Source of the DNA: an uncultured Gemmatimonadales bacterium
GTDB lineage: Bacteria; Gemmatimonadota; Gemmatimonadetes; Gemmatimonadales; GWC2-71-9
NCBI GenBank assembly: GCA_963825055.1
Contig: CAWGSK010000012.1
Coordinates: 352,001-416,000 of the forward strand
DNA length: 64,000 nucleotides
Reading direction: 5' to 3'
The stretch's first letter is position 1; every line of letters begins with the position of its first letter. Positions 59,089 to 64,000 of this stretch are shown piece by piece. Under the pieces are notes generated by a model. It worked only from the letters and a program-made list of their open reading frames with translations, was not told where the DNA came from and did no database searches. The position numbers were made by a program, and so were the translations under genes.

Positions 59089-60340
59089 ACGCCCGGTGAC
59101 CGCGAAGGGCGTCGGGCTGCATACCGGCGCCGACTCGCAGGTCGAATGTCGTCCCGCCGCGTCGGGGCGGGGGATTGTCTTCCGCCGGACCGACCTGGCG
59201 GGCGAGCCCGAGATTCCGGCCCGGCTGGACGAAGTGACCGAGGTTGAGCGGCGGACGGTCCTGGGCACCGGCGAGCAGCAGATCAACACGGTCGAGCACC
59301 TGCTGGCCGCCGTTGCCGCCCTGGAGATCGACGACCTGGAGATCGGCATCAATGCCCCGGAGCCCCCGATCCTGGATGGTTCCTTCGCCCCGTGGCTGGA
59401 ACTGCTGGAGGGCGCGGGCCGTCGCGCGCAGGAGGGGGACCCCACCGTGTACCGGGTGACGGCGCCCTTCCAGGTGACCGAAGGGGATGCCACCTACGTC
59501 GTGTCCCCGCACGCGGGGCTCCGGCTCACCACGATGGTCGAGTGGAATCACCCGCTGATCGGGCGCCAGTCCGGCGTCTTCGACATCACGCCGGAGGCCT
59601 TCGGCCGGGACCTGGCCCGCGCGCGCACGTTCGGGTTCGCCGCCGAGGTGGACTCGCTGCGCGAGCGCGGCCTGATCCGCGGGGCATCAACGGAAAACGC
59701 CGTCGTGCTCTCCGAGAGCGGCGTCGTGGATACCGAACTCCGCTGGCCGGACGAGTTCGTCCGGCACAAGGCGGGAGACATTGTCGGTGACCTCTCCCTG
59801 GTGGGTGGCCGGATCCAGGCGCACGTGATGGCGTCGCGGCCGTGGCACCAGGGAAACATCGCCGTCGCCCGCGCCATCGCGCGCCACGCCAGCCGGCAGG
59901 GGGCCATTGCCATGGACATCGGCCGCATTCTCGAGGTCATCCCGCATCGCTACCCGTTCCTCCTGGTCGATCGGATCATCGAGATCGACGGGACGAAGCG
60001 CATCGTCGGGATCAAGAACGTCACGATGAACGAGCCCTTCTTCCAGGGCCATTTCCCGGGACACCCCATCATGCCGGGCGTCCTGATCATCGAGGCGATG
60101 GCGCAGGTGGGCGGCATGCTGCTGCTGGGCGCCATGGAGGCGACCGACGACAAGGTCGTCTACTTCATGTCCCTCGATAACGTGAAGTTCCGCCGCCCCG
60201 TCGTCCCGGGCGACCAGCTGCGCTGCGAACTGGAGATGGTCCAGTTCCGCGGCCGGACCTGCCGGATGAAGGGCGTGGCCTACGTGGACGGCCTCGTGGT
60301 CTGCGAGGCGGAGATGATGGCGCGGGTGGTGGACAAGTGA
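59069..60340 (+). CDS. lpxC-fabZ: Bifunctional LpxC deacetylase / FabZ dehydratase
   Basis: GVGLHTG, TVEHLLAA, ARTFGF, EFVRHK..D; then IPHRYPFLLVDR, FQGHFP..PIMPGVLIIEAMAQ. Confidence 0.95.
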   Translation: MPRTTIERPVTAKGVGLHTGADSQVECRPAASGRGIVFRRTDLAGEPEIPARLDEVTEVERRTVLGTGEQQINTVEHLLAAVAALEIDDLEIGINAPEPPILDGSFAPWLELLEGAGRRAQEGDPTVYRVTAPFQVTEGDATYVVSPHAGLRLTTMVEWNHPLIGRQSGVFDITPEAFGRDLARARTFGFAAEVDSLRERGLIRGASTENAVVLSESGVVDTELRWPDEFVRHKAGDIVGDLSLVGGRIQAHVMASRPWHQGNIAVARAIARHASRQGAIAMDIGRILEVIPHRYPFLLVDRIIEIDGTKRIVGIKNVTMNEPFFQGHFPGHPIMPGVLIIEAMAQVGGMLLLGAMEATDDKVVYFMSLDNVKFRRPVVPGDQLRCELEMVQFRGRTCRMKGVAYVDGLVVCEAEMMARVVDK

Positions 60341-61113
60341 GCGCTGCGGTCCATCCCACCGCGCTGGTGGATCCCGGGGCGCAGCTCGGCGCCGGCGTGG
60401 AGGTCGGACCGTTCTGTATCATCGGCCCCGAGGTGACCGTGGGCGACCGCTGCCGGCTCGGGCCGCACGTAACCCTGGAGCGGAACGTGCGGCTCGCGGA
60501 GGACGTCTCACTGGGGCAGGGCACCGTCATCGGGGGGGCGCCGCAGGACCTCAAGTACGAGGGCGAGGAGAGCTGGGTCGAGATCGGGGCGGGGACGAGC
60601 ATCCGGGAGTACAGCACGGTCAATCGCGGCACCGCCGCCACCGGCAGCACCCGCGTGGGGCGGAATTGTTTCCTCATGACCTACGTGCACGTGGCGCACG
60701 ACTGCGTCATCGGCGACGGGGTGATCATCGCCAATGGCACGCAGCTCGCGGGGCACGTGACGCTGGATGACCATGCGATCCTGAGCGGCCTCAACGCCGT
60801 GCACCAGTTCGTGACGATCGGCTCATATGCCTTCGTGGGCGGCATGACCCGGGTGAATCAGGACATTCCCCCGTACGTCAAAGCGGTCGGGAACCCGATG
60901 GAACTGTACGGGCTCAATACCGTAGGCCTCCAGCGCGCTGGATTCCCGCTCGAGACCATCAACGCCCTCAAGCGCGCCTACCGCCTCTTCTTCAATTCCG
61001 ATTACAACCTCTCGCAGGCCGCGGCCCGCGCCCGCGCCGACCTGCCCTCGCTGCCGGAGGTGGACCGCTTCGTGGCGTTCGTCGAGTCCTCCCAGCGCGG
61101 GGTGCCGGCGTGA
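60337..61113 (+). CDS. lpxA: UDP-N-acetylglucosamine acyltransferase
   Basis: VHPTA, PQDLKY, HVAHDC, LAGHV, VHQF. Confidence 0.96.
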   Translation: MSAAVHPTALVDPGAQLGAGVEVGPFCIIGPEVTVGDRCRLGPHVTLERNVRLAEDVSLGQGTVIGGAPQDLKYEGEESWVEIGAGTSIREYSTVNRGTAATGSTRVGRNCFLMTYVHVAHDCVIGDGVIIANGTQLAGHVTLDDHAILSGLNAVHQFVTIGSYAFVGGMTRVNQDIPPYVKAVGNPMELYGLNTVGLQRAGFPLETINALKRAYRLFFNSDYNLSQAAARARADLPSLPEVDRFVAFVESSQRGVPA

Positions 61114-62096
61114 GTGCACGCCTCCCCGTGGGTGTCGTCGGCGTCGGCGTTTTGGGCAGCCACCACGCCAGGCATTTCGCGGCGCTGGAAGGCGTGGACC
61201 TCGTGGGCGTTTGCGATCTGGACCCGGGACGCGCGCAGGCGGTGGCGGAGCAGACCGGAGCCCGGGCCTGCCGGGATCTCGATGACCTGCTCGACCGGGT
61301 CGAGGCGATCAGCGTTGCCGTGCCGACACCCGCGCACGCGGAGGTCGGTTGCCGGGCCCTGGAGCGGAACGTGGCGGTCCTCATGGAGAAGCCGCTCGCA
61401 GCCACGCTCGAAGAGGCCGACCGGCTGGTGGCGTCGGCGGCGGCCGGGGCGCTGCTGCAGGTCGGCCACATCGAACGGTTCAACCGCGCCGTGCGGGGCG
61501 CGATGCCGTTCCTGGACGAACCGAAGTACATGGAGAGCATGCGGCTCGCGCCCTTTCAGCCGAGGGGCACCGATGTGGCGGTCATTCTGGACCTGATGAT
61601 CCACGACCTCGACCTCATCCTCCACCTGGGCGGCGGGGAGGTCGCGGACGACGTCCGGGCCTCAGGAGTCGCGGTCCTGAGTCCCCATCTCGACATGGCC
61701 AACGCGCGGGTCGAGTTCGCCAATGGCATGGTGGCCAACGTGACGGCCTCACGCATCTCCCGCGAACGCATCCGCAAGCTCCGGATCTTCCAGCCCAGCG
61801 GCTATCTCTCGCTGGACCTCGCCACGGGCGGTGGCGCCTTCATGCGCCTCCGGCCCGGCTTCGCGCCCGGCGCCGCCGCGCACCTGGAGGAGATCATCGA
61901 GCAGGTGCCCCTGGAAGCGCCCGAAGCGGATGCCCTCCGCCTGGAGCTCGAGAGCTTCGTGCGCTCGGTACAGGGTGAGGCGCTCTCCGCGGTGACCGGG
62001 GCGGAGGGGCGGGCCGCGCTGGCCCTGGCCCTCCGGGTGGTGGATGCCGTCAACCGCAGTCCCGTCACGATCGGCCCGGCCGCCCAACGCCGATGA
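61110..62096 (+). CDS. Gfo/Idh/MocA oxidoreductase (GnnA-like UDP-GlcNAc 3-dehydrogenase candidate)
   Basis: GVGVLG Rossmann, EKP, VGHIERFN, DLMIHDLD, TASRIS; located between lpxA and lpxB. Confidence 0.85.
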   Translation: MSARLPVGVVGVGVLGSHHARHFAALEGVDLVGVCDLDPGRAQAVAEQTGARACRDLDDLLDRVEAISVAVPTPAHAEVGCRALERNVAVLMEKPLAATLEEADRLVASAAAGALLQVGHIERFNRAVRGAMPFLDEPKYMESMRLAPFQPRGTDVAVILDLMIHDLDLILHLGGGEVADDVRASGVAVLSPHLDMANARVEFANGMVANVTASRISRERIRKLRIFQPSGYLSLDLATGGGAFMRLRPGFAPGAAAHLEEIIEQVPLEAPEADALRLELESFVRSVQGEALSAVTGAEGRAALALALRVVDAVNRSPVTIGPAAQRR

Positions 62097-63214
62097 CCCC
62101 TCCGCCGCCCAGGATCTTCGTATCCGCGGGCGAACCCTCCGGTGACCTGCATGCCGCCGCCGTGGTCCGGGCCCTCGCCCGGCGCTGGCCCGATGCCGTC
62201 ATCGACGGGTTCGGCGGTCCCGCCATGGCCGAGGCCGGCACGCGCCTGGTGGCCTCCATGGACGACTACACCGTCATGGGCTTCGCGGAGGTGGTCACCA
62301 AGCTTCCCGCCCACCTGCGGCTGCTCCGTCAGCTCGGCGCCCGCTTCCGCAGCGATCGCTACGACCTCGTGCTCCCGGTCGATTACCCCGGCTTTCATCT
62401 CCGGCTCGCGGGGTCCGCCCACGCGGCGGGGAGCCGTGTCCTGTACTACATCCCCCCGCAGCTCTGGGCCTGGCGCCCCGGGCGGGCGCGGAGGTTACGC
62501 GCGGTGACCGATCGACTCGCGGCCATCCTTCCCTTCGAGGAGGAGTTCTATGCCTCGCTGGGGCTCGAGGCGCGCTACGTGGGGCACCCGCTGGTCGATG
62601 ACGTCGAATTGCCCAGCCGGGCGGCAGCCCGGGAGGTACTCGGCGTTACCGGAGAGGCGCGCGTACTCGCTATCTTTCCCGGCAGCCGCCGCCAGGAGCT
62701 GCGCTATCACTGGGATGTGCTCCGCGAAGTCGGGAAGCGGCTTCTGGCCGAAGGCCGGTGCGACCGGGCCCTCGTGGCCGGGGTGCCCCATGGAGACTAC
62801 CCCGATGCCGCACCGCTCGAGATCCACCGGGGCCGCCCGGAAACCGTGCTCGCGGCGGCGGATGCCGCGGTGGTCAAGTCGGGTACCACCACCCTCGAGA
62901 CCGCGCTGGCCGGCGTGCCGATGGTTGTGGTGTACCGCCTGCACCCCTTCACCCATGCGGTGGGGCGGCGGCTCACCACGCTGGATCGCTACAGCCTGGT
63001 GAACCTGGTTGCCGGGGAGGACGTCGTGCCGGAACTGATCCAGCATGACGCGACCGTGGACCGGATCACGGACGCGACCCGGCCGCTGCTGGACAGCAAC
63101 CACCCGGCCACCCGGGCGCAGCGTTCCGGACTTGCCCGCGTAGTCGAGCGCCTCGGGCCTCCCGGTGCCGCCGGGCGGGTCGCCGACCTGGCGGCCGAGT
63201 TGCTCGGCCGGTGA
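62093..63214 (+). CDS. lpxB: Lipid-A-disaccharide synthase
   Basis: AGEPSGD, VMGFAEV, DYPGF, PQLWAWR, YVGHPL, PGSRRQE, KSGTTTLE. Confidence 0.96.
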   Translation: MTPPPPRIFVSAGEPSGDLHAAAVVRALARRWPDAVIDGFGGPAMAEAGTRLVASMDDYTVMGFAEVVTKLPAHLRLLRQLGARFRSDRYDLVLPVDYPGFHLRLAGSAHAAGSRVLYYIPPQLWAWRPGRARRLRAVTDRLAAILPFEEEFYASLGLEARYVGHPLVDDVELPSRAAAREVLGVTGEARVLAIFPGSRRQELRYHWDVLREVGKRLLAEGRCDRALVAGVPHGDYPDAAPLEIHRGRPETVLAAADAAVVKSGTTTLETALAGVPMVVVYRLHPFTHAVGRRLTTLDRYSLVNLVAGEDVVPELIQHDATVDRITDATRPLLDSNHPATRAQRSGLARVVERLGPPGAAGRVADLAAELLGR

Positions 63215-63864
63215 AGATCCGCGTCCCGCCGGCCGTGGCGGCCGCGGTGGGCGCCGGAACAGTCTCGGCGCTGGCCCGTACCTGGCGCTACGACGTACGG
63301 GACGAACGGCACTGGCGGGACCTGGCGGGACGGCCGTTCCTGTTCATGTGCTGGCACGAGGCGCTGCTCCCGCTGCTGTGGCGCCATCGCGGCCAGGACA
63401 TCACGCTGGTGGTGAGCGAGGCGCGGGATGGCCAGTACCTCGCGGACTTCGGGCGCCGGCTGGGATACCGGCTGGTGCGCGGGTCGAGCACGAAGGGATC
63501 CGTCCGGGCGCTGATCGGCGCGATCCGTGAGCTGGAGCAGGGGCATGCCGTGGCCATCACGCCGGACGGTCCGCGGGGTCCCCGTCGGGAGCTCAAGCCC
63601 GGGATCATTGCCGCCGCCCAGCGCACCGGCGTTGCGATCCTGCCGCTGCACAGCGATGCGGATCGTGCGTGGCGGTTCCGTTCCTGGGACCGCTTCATGC
63701 TGCCGAAACCCTTCGCGCGGGTGCGGGTCGCGTATGGCGCGCCGATCCCGGTCGGCCGTGGGTCAGGGGATCAGGAGTCGGGCGTGACAGCGGCGCGGGA
63801 CTCGCTGGAGCAACTCACGAGGAGCGTGGCATGGCCGGACGCCGGGGAGACACCCATCGCCTAG
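63211..63864 (+). CDS. DUF374 lysophospholipid-acyltransferase-like protein
   Basis: CWHE, VSEARDG, VRGSS, ITPDGPRGP, SWDRFMLPKPF. Confidence 0.9.
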   Translation: MKIRVPPAVAAAVGAGTVSALARTWRYDVRDERHWRDLAGRPFLFMCWHEALLPLLWRHRGQDITLVVSEARDGQYLADFGRRLGYRLVRGSSTKGSVRALIGAIRELEQGHAVAITPDGPRGPRRELKPGIIAAAQRTGVAILPLHSDADRAWRFRSWDRFMLPKPFARVRVAYGAPIPVGRGSGDQESGVTAARDSLEQLTRSVAWPDAGETPIA

Positions 63865-64000
63865 TGCGCTGGCTCTGGACGAGCCGGCGCCTCGATGCGC
63901 GCCTCACCCGGCTCGCCCTGTTGCCGGCGAGCGGGCTGTGGTGGGCGGCCATGGCCGCGCGGAACCGCGCGTACGACCGCGGCTGGATGGCAACGCACGA
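63831..64000 (+). CDS. lpxK: Tetraacyldisaccharide 4'-kinase, N-terminus (runs off window)
   Basis: MAGRRGDTHRLVRWLW...LALLPASGLWWAAMAARNRAYDRGW resembles the LpxK N-terminus; follows lpxB/DUF374. Confidence 0.7.
   Translation, partial: MAGRRGDTHRLVRWLWTSRRLDARLTRLALLPASGLWWAAMAARNRAYDRGWMATH

Noticed and set aside
59836..59850. LpxC motif reads RPWH instead of the usual small residue before the catalytic His
   Set aside because: Single residue; could be a base error or tolerated variation, and cannot be judged without reads or an alignment

Overview
High-GC bacterial chromosome segment, most likely Gemmatimonadota (16S sequence, LpxC-FabZ fusion, gene content). Left part (1-32 kb) is a mixed accessory/metabolic region: M1 and M16 peptidases, BON protein, erythromycin-esterase-family gene with an in-frame TAG, DUF481/DUF1579/DinB genes, tRNA-Arg(UCU) followed by a lipoprotein and a collapsed paralog remnant, divergent icd/aceK, two tandem ~3.8-kb paralogous secreted proteins with FlgD-Ig/T9SS-like C-termini, a serB-aminotransferase-serA operon, SulP, an SBBP-repeat lipoprotein and two CPA2 antiporters. 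The centre holds a complete rRNA operon (16S-23S-5S, no spacer tRNAs). The right part has a Ni/Co transporter, a GCL-CBS protein, a TolB-like lipoprotein, era-trm112-cax, GGDEF and zinc-ribbon genes, and a long core operon prfB(+1 frameshift)-lysS-lolC/E-lolD-mcsA-mcsB-clpC-bamA-skp-lpxD-lpxC/fabZ-lpxA-gnnA-like-lpxB-DUF374-lpxK. Several accessory genes carry single-base indels, probably sequencing errors. The most striking unexplained structure is a family of at least 9 intergenic 7/8-nt-periodic repeat tracts, many arranged as purine-arm/pyrimidine-arm fold-backs with different unit sequences. A recurring CGTAAG-N17-(C/G)TTACG palindrome also appears at two promoter regions. No CRISPR array, transposase or integrase was seen.
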